Below, in pieces: positions 43,386-53,785 of a DNA stretch of 64,000 nt. The stretch covers positions 331,466 to 395,465 of the forward strand of contig OZ242263.1 of the NCBI GenBank assembly GCA_965207125.1, given 5' to 3'. Position numbers and translations under genes: made by a program. Below the pieces are notes generated by a model. The model did no database searches. It worked only from the letters and a program-made list of their open reading frames with translations, and was not told the origin of the DNA. Within the stretch, counting starts at the first letter, position 1. The number at the start of each line of letters is the position of its first letter. The stretch is from an uncultured Candidatus Puniceispirillum sp. (lineage in GTDB: Bacteria; Pseudomonadota; Alphaproteobacteria; Puniceispirillales; UBA1172).

Positions 43386-44872
43386 TGCGCGTCTATCCCG
43401 ATGATGACGCAGTCCTAGCAGAACTTAAGGCAGGGCAAGGGGTCTTAGTCTATACCGAATTAGTCGCTGATCTCGACACCCCCGTATCCGCGATGATGAA
43501 ACTCGGCCCTGAGCAGCAGTACCAATGCCTGCTAGAATCCGTTGAAGGGGGTAATACGCGCGGACGGTTTTCAGTCATCGCTCTTGCTCCCGATTTGATC
43601 TGGACGACGAAGGATAAAAAGATCACCATCACCGATGGCGCCGGGCATGTTATTTCGGAGAAAAGTGGCGATGTTCTGGCCTCCTTGCGCGAGATGATCG
43701 CCACCACCACCCTTCATATCCCCGATCATCTACCGCCTATGTCCGCCGGGTTATTCGGCTATTTTGGCTATGAGCTCATTAGCCAAATGGAACGGATACC
43801 CGTCAGCAACCCCTCTGATCTCGGCATCGCAGATTCGTGCCTTACGCGCCCCTCCATCGTGATCATTTTCGATAGTCTGAAAGACCAGATGACTATCGCA
43901 ACACCAGCCCGTCCTAAAATAGACGACAACCCGGCAACAGTGCTCAAAGACGCGAAAGCCCGCCTAGGCGCAGTGGTGGAGAAACTGAACGCTCCCCTAC
44001 CCCAACAAGAACCCACAAGAGCAGAGAAGAAACTGCCTGAGGCCCAATCAAGCATGAGCAAAAGCGGTTTTATGGACGCCGTCAAACACGCCATTGAGTA
44101 TATCAAGGCAGGAGATATTTTTCAGGTCGTTCTATCGCAGCGCTTTTCAGTGCCTTTTACCAATACGCCTTTTTCGCTTTACAGAACTCTAAGAAGGTTG
44201 AACCCCTCGCCGTTTCTGATCTATTTCACCATGGGCGATTTCGCACTGGTTGGCTCAAGCCCTGAGATTCTCGTGCGGCTTCGAGACAAAAAAATCACCA
44301 TCAGACCGATTGCCGGAACACGCCCTCGGGGCCAAACCCCCGCTGAAGACGCTGCGCTGGCCGAGGAGTTGCTCGCCGATGTCAAAGAACGGGCTGAGCA
44401 TCTGATGCTATTGGACCTTGGTCGCAATGACACCGGGCGTGTGGCGCAGCCAAACACTGTGCGGCTTGTCGATCATTTTGCCATCGAGCGTTATAGCCAT
44501 GTGATGCATATCGCCTCCGAGGTCGAGGGGGTTATCCGTGATGATTGTGATGCAATAGATGCGCTTAAAGCCGGATTCCCCGCAGGAACAGTTTCGGGGG
44601 CTCCTAAAATTCGCGCGATGGAGATTATCGATGAGCTTGAGCCTTTGCAACGAGGGCCTTACGCGGGGGCCATTGGATATATTTCTGCTGCTGGCGATAT
44701 GGACACCTGCATTGCCCTGCGCACCGCTGTGGTCAAAGACGGGGTCATGCATATTCAGGCAGGCGCAGGAATTGTCTATGATAGCGACCCTGAAAAAGAG
44801 TACGAGGAAAGCATCAATAAAGCCAAAGCCCTGATCCGCGCCGCCACTGAAGCCGCCCAGATGCCGTCCTAA
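43385..44872 (+). CDS. trpE: Anthranilate synthase component I
   Basis: LLESVEGG, the chorismate-binding core (IAGTRPRG, DLGRNDTGRV, GAPKIRAMEIIDELE, GPYAGAIGY); 495 aa. Confidence 0.93.
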   Translation: MRVYPDDDAVLAELKAGQGVLVYTELVADLDTPVSAMMKLGPEQQYQCLLESVEGGNTRGRFSVIALAPDLIWTTKDKKITITDGAGHVISEKSGDVLASLREMIATTTLHIPDHLPPMSAGLFGYFGYELISQMERIPVSNPSDLGIADSCLTRPSIVIIFDSLKDQMTIATPARPKIDDNPATVLKDAKARLGAVVEKLNAPLPQQEPTRAEKKLPEAQSSMSKSGFMDAVKHAIEYIKAGDIFQVVLSQRFSVPFTNTPFSLYRTLRRLNPSPFLIYFTMGDFALVGSSPEILVRLRDKKITIRPIAGTRPRGQTPAEDAALAEELLADVKERAEHLMLLDLGRNDTGRVAQPNTVRLVDHFAIERYSHVMHIASEVEGVIRDDCDAIDALKAGFPAGTVSGAPKIRAMEIIDELEPLQRGPYAGAIGYISAAGDMDTCIALRTAVVKDGVMHIQAGAGIVYDSDPEKEYEESINKAKALIRAATEAAQMPS

Positions 44873-44907
44873 AATCTCCTCTAATCCCCCCGACAAAGGA
44901 AATACGC

Positions 44908-45822
44908 ATGGCCATCGAATTATGGGTTATTTTCACGCTCATCGCCGCGAGCAGCCAAACGTTCCGTAGTGCCATACAGCGGCAAATGAAGCCGGTGTTG
45001 GGGAATGATGGCGCGAGTTACATCCGGTTTCTTTACGCCCTGCCCTTCGCGTGGATTGCTGTCATTACCTATCATTACGGCTGGCGCATAGAGATCCCCG
45101 AGACGTCCTTGTCGTTTTGGTTCTGGATAACTTTCGCTGGCATTGCCCAGATTCTTTTTACCGTTTTTCTCATCAGGCTTTTCTCGCATCGAAGTTTTGC
45201 GGCCGGGACAGCTTATTCCAAAACCGAAGTTCTGCAAGCCGCCGTCTTGGAGGCGATTATTTTAGGCGTGGTGGTCAATCTCATCACAGGCACTGCCATT
45301 ATTTTGGGGGTGGTCGCCGTGATTATGCTCACCCTCGCCAAATCACAATTCACACGCCGGGATATGATCAAATCCTGCTTTTCACTAACCTCAGCAATCG
45401 GGCTGGCGAGTGGCACGTTTCTGGGTTTTGCCACTGTATCGTATAAAGCAGCTATTGGCGCGCTCATCGGCGCAGATTTTTTCATGCGCGCGATGTATGC
45501 AGGCGCGTGCGGCACCGCCATCCAGGTCATTCTCATGGGTGTCTGGATGCTGTTTTTCACGCGCCATGAGTTGCTACAATGCTTGAGACACTGGCAAGGG
45601 TCTATTGGCGCTGGATTTTTCGGTGCACTCTCGACAATCGCGTGGTTTGCTGCTTTCGCTCTTTATGCAGTCGCGCCGGTCCGTGCGGTGGGACAGGTAG
45701 AATTGCTGATTACGCTGGGTATTTCCATCATGTTTTTCAAAGAAAAAACCAACAAAACCGAGTTAATAGCGATTTTACTGCTTAGCATTTCAATTATCAT
45801 GGTATTGCTAGGAGACGGATGA
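44908..45822 (+). CDS. DMT/EamA-family transporter
   Basis: A 304-aa polytopic membrane protein with a two-half internal repeat typical of the EamA family. Confidence 0.65.
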   Translation: MAIELWVIFTLIAASSQTFRSAIQRQMKPVLGNDGASYIRFLYALPFAWIAVITYHYGWRIEIPETSLSFWFWITFAGIAQILFTVFLIRLFSHRSFAAGTAYSKTEVLQAAVLEAIILGVVVNLITGTAIILGVVAVIMLTLAKSQFTRRDMIKSCFSLTSAIGLASGTFLGFATVSYKAAIGALIGADFFMRAMYAGACGTAIQVILMGVWMLFFTRHELLQCLRHWQGSIGAGFFGALSTIAWFAAFALYAVAPVRAVGQVELLITLGISIMFFKEKTNKTELIAILLLSISIIMVLLGDG

Positions 45823-47156
45823 TTTTTACAACCAACGTCTACCAGCAGCTTCGAATTGGCCTGCTCTTATTAACATGGGCCGCCGCACTGGTCTTTGTTG
45901 TTTTCAAAGAAGACGGCCAGATCATCGCTAATATCGGCGTGATCAGTTTTGGCTTTTTTTATCTCCTAACCTTGCCAATCCTCAAATGGGGCAGTTTGCT
46001 TATCCTTGCTATGCTTGGCGTCCTCGGCTGGTTGTTGCTCAATATCGTGCCGGATGGTGCCTTTATATTCGCGGCCGGGCGGTTTGTTCTTATTTTCACG
46101 GCTTTGCTCTGCACCATGACCTTGGTCAAAAACACGGCCATCACGATGCCTTCAGTGCAGAAAAGCCAGCAGCAACTCGCCAAACTTCCCCCCGAATCCT
46201 CATCAACTGGTCTGCAACTCGCCGCCCATGCTTTTGGCGGGATCATCAATACCGGCGCCTTTGCGATGTTATCCGCCGCGCTTCCACCGGACAGCGATCT
46301 GCACCGGCGAAAAATTGCGGCCGAAGCAGCCATGCGCGGCATGGTGACCTCAGCCGTCTGGTCACCTTTCTTTATCGCTTTTGCCGTAGGACAGGGGTTT
46401 GTCGGCACAGAAAATTCATGGATCGCTATAGGGATTGGATTGATAACAGCGTCAATTTTTACAATAGGTTGCACCATTATATTCACAAATAACTTTAGCA
46501 TAAAAACCATCACCACTTCGCTAGGCTGCTTAAAGCCTGTATCGATGCGTTTGCTAATCGTGGTGGTGGCAGTGCTCACTTTTGCCCTCGCTTTTAACTT
46601 CACCGCCTTATCCGCTGTGGTGGTGGTTATGCCCTTGCTCGTTCTGGTCCAGTTTCTCCACACCCCTCACCTCGCGGCCCAGATGATTAAAGGCACAAAG
46701 AATGGAATGGCTAACATTTCAGATGATCTGATTATCATCACCTCAGCCATGATCATCGCTTTTATTGCGACCAACACCAACGGGCTTGAGGCCTTAGGAA
46801 TAAACCCTGATGGCATCATCCCTGGCTGGGTGGCGTTGATTGGCACACCGCTGGTTATGATGCTCACATCGACAGTTGGAATTCATCCGGTGATCTCAAG
46901 TAGTTTTTTGCTCACGATCTTTAGTAATGGTGGGGCTGATGTACATCCGGCCTTGCTTATGCAAAGTTTTCTCATCGGTTGGAGTGCTGGGACAATCAGC
47001 TCCGTCGCCTCGTTGTCCATGATCATCTGCGCCAATCTTTACCAAGTACCGGCCCGCACCCTCGCTTTTGGCGTTAATCTCAAAGTCGCGGTGATCTTGG
47101 CGCTCGGCGGTGGCGGGGTTTTAAGCATCATCAACGCGATGATCTTCACACCCTGA
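45819..47156 (+). CDS. Uncharacterised polytopic membrane protein (445 aa)
   Basis: It is highly hydrophobic throughout, and its start overlaps the stop of the preceding DMT gene by 4 nt (ATGA). I recognise no family signature. Confidence 0.6.
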   Translation: MIFTTNVYQQLRIGLLLLTWAAALVFVVFKEDGQIIANIGVISFGFFYLLTLPILKWGSLLILAMLGVLGWLLLNIVPDGAFIFAAGRFVLIFTALLCTMTLVKNTAITMPSVQKSQQQLAKLPPESSSTGLQLAAHAFGGIINTGAFAMLSAALPPDSDLHRRKIAAEAAMRGMVTSAVWSPFFIAFAVGQGFVGTENSWIAIGIGLITASIFTIGCTIIFTNNFSIKTITTSLGCLKPVSMRLLIVVVAVLTFALAFNFTALSAVVVVMPLLVLVQFLHTPHLAAQMIKGTKNGMANISDDLIIITSAMIIAFIATNTNGLEALGINPDGIIPGWVALIGTPLVMMLTSTVGIHPVISSSFLLTIFSNGGADVHPALLMQSFLIGWSAGTISSVASLSMIICANLYQVPARTLAFGVNLKVAVILALGGGGVLSIINAMIFTP

Positions 47157-47237
47157 ACTCCCATAACCGCCTCATCTACCCAGACCCCCTAATAGCCCCC
47201 ATGAGTAGCCCTATCAGCGGCTCTATCAGTCGCCCTA

Positions 47238-48113
47238 TCACCCACCAAGAAAAAGCCTACCAACCTCGGGGTTTTTCAGTAGATTATCACCCGTGTTTGC
47301 AAGCACCAGCTCGCCCGCCACCAGAACATAACCAATATCCGCAAAAGCCAATCCCTTTTTGGCATTCTGCTCGACCATGATAATTGTCTTGCCCTCGCCG
47401 CGTTGCAAGTCCTCAAGAATTTCAAACACCATATCAATGAATCGAGGCTCAAGACCAATAGAGGGCTCATCAACCAGTAAGACCTGAGGTTCCATCACCA
47501 GAGCCCGGGAGATCTCAAGCAACCGCCTTTCGCCGCCAGATAACACTCCGGCGGGCTTATTGCGCCGGTCAGCAAGACGGCTGTATTTCTCAAAAACCTT
47601 TTCGGTGGCGATTTTTGCCTTGCGAGGCTGGTCTTTTAGAAAACCGCCCATCAGCAGATTTTCCTCGACCGTCATTTGCGGGAAGACTGATTTATCCTGA
47701 AGAATATAAGCAATCCCCGCATTAGATAATTTCTCTGATGGTTTGAGCGTGGTTACGTTCGTCTGGTTCGCCGTGATCGCCCCTGAAAATATATGGGTGA
47801 AGCCAAAAATGGAATGTAGAACCGTTGATTTGCCGGCGCCATTCGGCCCAATCAGACAAAGCGACTGCCCCTCGCCAATTTTCAGTGAGAAATCATGCAA
47901 GATTTCCATCTTGCCATAACCGGCATTGAGGTGATCGATGCTCACGAACGGTTTGCCTTTGACCAAATCAAGCAGTTTTTTATCCGATAACGGCTCGCGT
48001 TTGATGCTGGCGGCCTCGCTGGCAACCTGATCAACCGACATAACGACCTCAACCCCGCCTTGACCGTATCCCGAAACTGCCTTTTTCGTCTTGCCTTGCT
48101 TAGATCCTGCCAT
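47238..48113 (-). CDS. livF: Branched-chain-amino-acid-type ABC transporter ATP-binding protein (LivF-like) with a ~55-aa N-terminal extension
   Basis: Walker A GPNGAGKST, signature LSGGERRLL, Walker B LLVDEPS. Its ATG overlaps the livG stop (TGATG), which supports the long form. Confidence 0.85.
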   Translation of the reverse strand: MAGSKQGKTKKAVSGYGQGGVEVVMSVDQVASEAASIKREPLSDKKLLDLVKGKPFVSIDHLNAGYGKMEILHDFSLKIGEGQSLCLIGPNGAGKSTVLHSIFGFTHIFSGAITANQTNVTTLKPSEKLSNAGIAYILQDKSVFPQMTVEENLLMGGFLKDQPRKAKIATEKVFEKYSRLADRRNKPAGVLSGGERRLLEISRALVMEPQVLLVDEPSIGLEPRFIDMVFEILEDLQRGEGKTIIMVEQNAKKGLAFADIGYVLVAGELVLANTGDNLLKNPEVGRLFLGG

Positions 48114-48880
48114 CAGTGCCCCCCGAGATAAGCGTCGATAACCCGTTTGTCTTTCTGAAGTTCTGCCGGTTTGCCGGCCGCTAACATCTTGCCATTTGAT
48201 AAGCAGTAAATATGCTCAGCCAGATTCATCACCACCCGCATATTATGCTCGATCAGACATAAGGTAATCCCCAACTCCTCATTGGCGCGGCGCAAACGAT
48301 CAATCAAGCCGTTGATCAATGTTGGATTGATCCCCGCCGTAGGTTCATCAAGCAGCAAGGCCAAAGGCTTATTCATGAGGGCCATCGCAAACTCAAGCAG
48401 TTTTTGCTGTCCAAAAGATAAATCACCCGAAATCAGGTTGCGTTTGGAATAAAGACCAACAAAATCAAGCAAAGACTCCGCCCGCTCCTTTATATCGCCC
48501 CGGCGGCTCGCAAAGATCCCATCGCGGGCGTTTTGGCGATGCGAGACTGAAATCCGCATGTTATCAACGCAATTCATCTTACCGTAAATACGCGTTTGCT
48601 GAAAAGTTCTCAGCAATCCTAACTGCGCAATTGGTCCCACGCGCAAATGTGAAATTTCCTTGCCGTTAAATGTGATCGAGCCCGAGTCAATCGGGTGATA
48701 GCCGACAATCGAGTTAAACAGAGTGGTTTTGCCACACCCGTTAGGCCCAATAATGCCCGTGATACCGCCGCGCTGGACAGCGAGAGAGATGTCCACATTT
48801 GCCTTAACCCCGCCATAGGCTTTAGACACATTTTTAACCGTAATGATATCGTCAGTCATGCGCCGCCTCACCTGCCTCAC
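48113..48880 (-). CDS. livG: Branched-chain-amino-acid-type ABC transporter ATP-binding protein (LivG-like)
   Basis: GPNGCGKTT, LSFGQQKLLEFA and LLLDEPTAG motifs; 255 aa. Confidence 0.88.
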   Translation of the reverse strand: MRQVRRRMTDDIITVKNVSKAYGGVKANVDISLAVQRGGITGIIGPNGCGKTTLFNSIVGYHPIDSGSITFNGKEISHLRVGPIAQLGLLRTFQQTRIYGKMNCVDNMRISVSHRQNARDGIFASRRGDIKERAESLLDFVGLYSKRNLISGDLSFGQQKLLEFAMALMNKPLALLLDEPTAGINPTLINGLIDRLRRANEELGITLCLIEHNMRVVMNLAEHIYCLSNGKMLAAGKPAELQKDKRVIDAYLGGH

Positions 48881-49904
48881 CCCGTGCGTCCTGATCGATG
48901 GTAATCCCGAAAAACTCAGGATATTTCCGCATCAGCCAGCCCATAATCCCTTCTTGGAAATAGACGATGTTAACGATTAGAATCAGCCCCAATGCAACCC
49001 ACTGCCAACCCAGCAGATGAGTCCAAGTCACTTCCTTGATCACATGAAACAAAAACGCTCCTAGCACCGGGCCCCACAAGGTTCCCTTCCCGCCAAGTAG
49101 CGCCATCGCCACCATGAAAATCCCAAAAGTTGCAACTGGAAAAGCAACCTCGACCGGCTCGATAAAACCAACCATATTGCCGAAAACCGCTCCCACACAC
49201 CCCATGAAAAACGCGGCGACCGCCCAACCAACCTGCTTATACCGCAAAATTGGCAGCCCCATCGCCTCGGCTTTGTCCTCATCATCTCTGATTGCGTTGA
49301 TCGCAAGACCAAACTGCGTCTGGTACATCCATCGCAACAGAAAATGCAAGCTCGCCGCCAGAGTAAAACAAAGGCTGTAGAAAAACAGGCCTCTGAACTC
49401 AATCGCACCCGGGAAAAACGGCATCGATATTCCCGAGCCGCCACCAATGTAATCGAAGGTTCCTGTCAGTTGCCCCGCCGCAATCGCGACCCCCAAAGTC
49501 CCGATGGCGAAATAAGGTCCTCGCAAGCCGAAAACGATAAAACCAAGCAAGAATGATATGAACATCGCGCCAAACCCACCTGCGATAATCCCTAAAAACA
49601 AACCGGTAAAATACTGCATATCGGTAAATTCAGGTCGGATCGCGCCAAAAGCCGAGGTGTATTCGCCTACATCATAAAACATCGCTATTTGGACAATCGC
49701 TGAAATATACATGCCAGCCCCGAAAAACGTAATGTTGCCAAGTGAATTATACCCCATCTGCCCGCCTAAGATATCCCAGCTAGACGCCATGAGGATCATC
49801 ATCCACAACACCGCCATCTGCTGAACATAGCTGGGGAAAAGCAACGGTAGGAAAAGCGACAGCCCCAAAATAACCAGATATAAGCCTAAGCTACGGTATG
49901 CCAT
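48852..49904 (-). CDS. livM: Branched-chain-amino-acid-type ABC transporter permease (LivM-like)
   Basis: A 350-aa polytopic protein of the BPD_transp_2 type, located between the livH-like and livG-like genes. Confidence 0.8.
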   Translation of the reverse strand: MAYRSLGLYLVILGLSLFLPLLFPSYVQQMAVLWMMILMASSWDILGGQMGYNSLGNITFFGAGMYISAIVQIAMFYDVGEYTSAFGAIRPEFTDMQYFTGLFLGIIAGGFGAMFISFLLGFIVFGLRGPYFAIGTLGVAIAAGQLTGTFDYIGGGSGISMPFFPGAIEFRGLFFYSLCFTLAASLHFLLRWMYQTQFGLAINAIRDDEDKAEAMGLPILRYKQVGWAVAAFFMGCVGAVFGNMVGFIEPVEVAFPVATFGIFMVAMALLGGKGTLWGPVLGAFLFHVIKEVTWTHLLGWQWVALGLILIVNIVYFQEGIMGWLMRKYPEFFGITIDQDARGEAGEAAHD

Positions 49905-50809
49905 TATCGCACAACCTGTCTTTTGCGTCTCAGACGGAGCTGGCGCCAGACGAGAACAGCCAGCAACATCACCACCGCCGAAGCAACTTGATACTCAGCC
50001 CCCAGAACAAACCCTGTGTATTGCTCAAGCAGACCCAATCCGAACCCTGTCGTGATCACCGCCGGCAGATTACCAAGCCCCGCTGCTGTCACAATCGCGA
50101 AGGATCTGATTGAATACGTGATTCCATAAAACGGTTGTAGAACCCAGATCATCGACACCAGGACGCCAGCCGCGCCGCAAATTGCCGTATTTAATGAAAA
50201 GGTAAAAGCATAAATCTTGTCGGTATCTATTCCTAAAACTCTTGCCGCGCGTGGATCTTGAGAGGTTGCTCTGATTGCTTGGCCAAGACGCGAGCGTTTC
50301 ATGAACAAAACAACCACCACCGCCAAAACAGAAACCATCACCAGCGATAAAACCTTGACCATCGGCACGGTTACTGCGCCGTCAAAAATTTGCGTGTTTG
50401 GCAGTTTGCTATCGATGGTTTGTACTTCAGGGCCGAAAATCAGATTAAGCACCTGCTGCATCAAAAGAGACAGTCCAAATGTTGCTAGTAATGATGTGAA
50501 CATATCCTGCTGGAGAACCCGTCGGATGATCAGAATATAAATAATCCAGCCGAAACCGAACATAAGCACCATCACAAGCGGCAGTGCTATTACCGGATGC
50601 ACGCCCCAATTATAAAAGGCAAACGCCAGATAGCCGCCGGCAATGACAAAATCACCCTGCGCCAGATTCTTGACGTTCATCACCCCCCAAACCAGTGCAA
50701 GGCCATAAGCACTAAGCGCGATGACCGCACCGATAAACACGCCATCCAAAATCAATTGAATATTCGTGACCGGCGATAAATCATATAATATTTGTAAATT
50801 GAACAGCAT
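49904..50809 (-). CDS. livH: Branched-chain-amino-acid-type ABC transporter permease (LivH-like)
   Basis: A 301-aa polytopic protein in the typical LivH position. Its stop abuts the livM start. Confidence 0.8.
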   Translation of the reverse strand: MLFNLQILYDLSPVTNIQLILDGVFIGAVIALSAYGLALVWGVMNVKNLAQGDFVIAGGYLAFAFYNWGVHPVIALPLVMVLMFGFGWIIYILIIRRVLQQDMFTSLLATFGLSLLMQQVLNLIFGPEVQTIDSKLPNTQIFDGAVTVPMVKVLSLVMVSVLAVVVVLFMKRSRLGQAIRATSQDPRAARVLGIDTDKIYAFTFSLNTAICGAAGVLVSMIWVLQPFYGITYSIRSFAIVTAAGLGNLPAVITTGFGLGLLEQYTGFVLGAEYQVASAVVMLLAVLVWRQLRLRRKRQVVR

Positions 50810-50835
50810 CCGTTAGGACCCTTTGCCTACTCTGT

Positions 50836-50861
50836 AAAAAAAGGGGGCAAGCCCCCTTTTT
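50836..50861 (-). terminator. Intrinsic-terminator-like hairpin between the binding-protein gene and the permease genes
   Basis: The sequence aaaaaaaGGGGGcaagCCCCCttttt forms a GC stem flanked by an A-run and a T-run. On the minus strand the stem is followed by a 7-nt U-run. It lies 12 nt after the SBP stop codon. Confidence 0.6.
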
Positions 50862-50872
50862 CAATCCGATGT

Positions 50873-52105
50873 TCAATAATCTGCCTTACGCGGCCATTGC
50901 AGGTCATTAGTTGTGATAATCGCGTTATACTCCGCGGATGCGTTGATCTGGCGCAGGAACATCGGCTTAGCGATATTGTTCCCTGCATCTGAAAACTTTA
51001 TGTTGCCATAAAAGGTTTCCATGTCAGTCGCCGCGATTGCATCACGTACTTTTGCTGGGTCAAAATTGTTTGCCCGCTCGAACGCATCTTTCCACACCAG
51101 AACAGCGGCGGAGGCCTGTGCGGACTGGTAAGGTACTGATGTGTAGCTCGGGTATGTCGTTTTGAAATCAGCGTTCCATTTAGACGCATTACCGAAATAA
51201 TCATCCATCTTCGGTGAGGTTTCCACCCATTGAGTCGGGCACAGAACCCCGTTTGCTGCTTTTGGAAATTTTTCTTGAATCTTAGCAGCTTCACAGTGAG
51301 TCATACCGACCAGAGGCACCTGTAGTCTCATCTCATCGATCTGGCGCGCCGCCGTAGCCGCACCTTTTGAGTGACCTGAGATGATCAGCATATCAGGCTT
51401 GAGCGCCTTAACCTTGGTCAAGGTTGCTGACATATCCGATAAATCGGCTGGCAGTTTGTCATCGATCACAATTTGCATGCCGAATTTTTTAGCCATATCA
51501 ACCACACCCTCACGCACATCTAATGAGAATGGGTCATTTTCAAATGCCATAGCGATCGTGACGCTTGATGGGTCTTTGCCTATACCCTCAGCCTTCTCAG
51601 CAGCCATAACCACAGCCGGTGCGAGATACTGCTCAGAGGTGGACAGAACGGCGAACAGGTATTTATAGCCTTGGGTGAAGAGAGAGCGTGAAGCGCCTTC
51701 AGCCTCAACCATTGGCACGCCGAACTTTTCCGACACCGGCGCAACGGCCTTGGTCATGCCTGAACTGTATGGCCCAAGCATATATTTGATGCCATCTTGC
51801 TGAATCAGCCGCTCAACAAGCTGGGTTGCGCGAGCGGGGGTTGATTCGTCATCGTAGTATTTGACAGCCAGTTTGTAAGACTGCCCACCAACGTTAACCC
51901 CGCCCTTGTCATTGATTCGCTTAATTGCGAAATCATAGCCACGCTGGGTATGCAAGCCGTTCGTTGAGTACTTGCCCGTTAAGGATATAGACGACCCAAG
52001 GATAATCGTATCGCCTTCAACCTTCGCCGACACAAGGCTTGTGGTCATCACCGACGTGGCAATAATTGCTGAAGCCAGTAGTGTTTTTATCAATGTGAAA
52101 TTCAT
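50873..52105 (-). CDS. Periplasmic substrate-binding protein of the Liv-type ABC system (Peripla_BP_6-like)
   Basis: A 410-aa protein with a signal peptide (LLASAIIATSVMTTSLVSA/KV) and the typical LIVBP-type N-terminus IILGSSISLTGKYSTNG. Confidence 0.8.
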   Translation of the reverse strand: MNFTLIKTLLASAIIATSVMTTSLVSAKVEGDTIILGSSISLTGKYSTNGLHTQRGYDFAIKRINDKGGVNVGGQSYKLAVKYYDDESTPARATQLVERLIQQDGIKYMLGPYSSGMTKAVAPVSEKFGVPMVEAEGASRSLFTQGYKYLFAVLSTSEQYLAPAVVMAAEKAEGIGKDPSSVTIAMAFENDPFSLDVREGVVDMAKKFGMQIVIDDKLPADLSDMSATLTKVKALKPDMLIISGHSKGAATAARQIDEMRLQVPLVGMTHCEAAKIQEKFPKAANGVLCPTQWVETSPKMDDYFGNASKWNADFKTTYPSYTSVPYQSAQASAAVLVWKDAFERANNFDPAKVRDAIAATDMETFYGNIKFSDAGNNIAKPMFLRQINASAEYNAIITTNDLQWPRKADY

Positions 52106-52178
52106 TGTTTTATTCCTCCAAATTTTTCTGTCGGCATTATCATGCCTAAATATGCATTAGTCCAGCATTTTAATCTTC

Positions 52179-53765
52179 TCAATATCCCATAACGCACCCA
52201 TCTTTGCGTGCATCAGACCCGCCAACCAGTATTCCTGACTTGAGGTCGCGCAGAATCGCTTGGCCGCCACCGATCGGATCTGCTGGATAATCAATCTGAT
52301 GCCCTCGCTTAGCCAGCGCATCTGCCACCGATCGATCATACCCTGATTCAAGCGACAAAATTCCGTCATAGGCAAAGCTTCGAGGGGAGTCCAACGCCTG
52401 TTGAGGCCCCATCCCGAGCGCTAGGAGATTAGAGAGAAACGTCGCCTGCCCCGTCGCCTGATACTGACCGCCCATCACGCCGAAAGCGCCAATCAAATCA
52501 TCATCTATGGTAAGCATCCCCGGAATAATCGTATGCAAAGGACGCTTGCCGCCAGCGACCACATTTGGGTGGGTGGGCGAGAGACTGAAAGACCTACCGC
52601 GTGATTGCAACAGAATGCCAAAGCGCGGAGAGGCGATCCCTGAGCCGAAAGAATCAAAAATGGAATTGATAAACGAAACCGCCATCCCGTCTTTATCCAC
52701 CACCGCAAGGTAAACCGTGTCGGGATGAGTTGGAAAATCGCTATCAGCAAAATCCCGCGCCCGCGTCATATCAATCAACGCGGCGGCTTTGTCTATATTC
52801 GCCTGGCCCAGCAGCCAATCTGTTGGCTTATCGGTGCATTCAGGGTCAGCGATATAGCGGTCTCTTAAGCCATAAGCAATTTTTGAGGCCTCGGCGGTCA
52901 CATGAACCCTGTCAATGTCAGTCATCGTAGCAAGATCAAAACGTTCAAGGATTTTCATGATGATCAAGGCGGTTAATCCTTGCCCATTGGGTGGGCATTC
53001 CCATACCTTATGCCGCAAATAAGACGCTGAAATTGGCGGGACGAAAACCGATTCGGCTTCAGCAAAATCAGAGTGCTCATGCATACCGCCCATTTTGTTC
53101 AATTTGGACAGGATATCTTCCGCCACTGGGCCTTGATAAAACCCATCACGCCCGTCTTTGGCGATTAGTTTCAGTGCTTCAGCGAGTGGCGGACAGCAAA
53201 AAACCTCGCCCAATCCATAAGCTTTATCACCGTTCAGATAATAGCGCCTTGCGTCCTCATCATCGGCTAGATTCTCGGCGTGTCTTCCCCAATCCCAAGC
53301 GGTGCGTTCATGCACTGCGATGCCGTGTTCAGCATAGTTTATCGCGGGGCTGAAGAGTTTGTCCCAATCGCTATGCCCGAATCGTTGGTGCAACCGCCAC
53401 CACGCATCAACCGAACCGGGGGTCGTCACCGCATGGGCGTTGTGGCGCGGAATCTCGCCGCTCATTCCTGCTTCACGGGTGATATCAAGGCTAAGGGCTT
53501 GGGGTGATTTACCTGAGCCGTTAAGAGCGCTGATATTCGTGAGGCCGTCCCCTGAAACCAGCGCAAAACAATCGCCGCCAAGAGACGTCATATGCGGCTC
53601 AGCAATGGAAAGAACCGACGCCGCCACGATTGCCGCATCCACCGCATTGCCACCCTCAGTAAGGCATTTCAGCCCCGCCGATGTGGCTATTGGGTGCGAT
53701 GTGGCAACCATGGCGTTCGCCGCATAGACCTCTGAACGTCCGGGTCGTGAAAAATCCCGTGTCAT
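52179..53765 (-). CDS. ggt: Gamma-glutamyltransferase family protein with no signal peptide
   Basis: MVATSHPIATSAGLKCLTEGGNAVDAAIVAA at the N-terminus, plus GGDCFALV and a later HTIIPGM segment. 528 aa with no N-terminal hydrophobic leader. Confidence 0.8.
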   Translation of the reverse strand: MTRDFSRPGRSEVYAANAMVATSHPIATSAGLKCLTEGGNAVDAAIVAASVLSIAEPHMTSLGGDCFALVSGDGLTNISALNGSGKSPQALSLDITREAGMSGEIPRHNAHAVTTPGSVDAWWRLHQRFGHSDWDKLFSPAINYAEHGIAVHERTAWDWGRHAENLADDEDARRYYLNGDKAYGLGEVFCCPPLAEALKLIAKDGRDGFYQGPVAEDILSKLNKMGGMHEHSDFAEAESVFVPPISASYLRHKVWECPPNGQGLTALIIMKILERFDLATMTDIDRVHVTAEASKIAYGLRDRYIADPECTDKPTDWLLGQANIDKAAALIDMTRARDFADSDFPTHPDTVYLAVVDKDGMAVSFINSIFDSFGSGIASPRFGILLQSRGRSFSLSPTHPNVVAGGKRPLHTIIPGMLTIDDDLIGAFGVMGGQYQATGQATFLSNLLALGMGPQQALDSPRSFAYDGILSLESGYDRSVADALAKRGHQIDYPADPIGGGQAILRDLKSGILVGGSDARKDGCVMGY

Positions 53766-53785
53766 TTAATCACAATGACAAGCAT

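Noticed and set aside
52157-52375. A 72-aa minus-strand ORF overlapping the 3' end of ggt
   Set aside because: It lies inside ggt in another frame and has no independent support.
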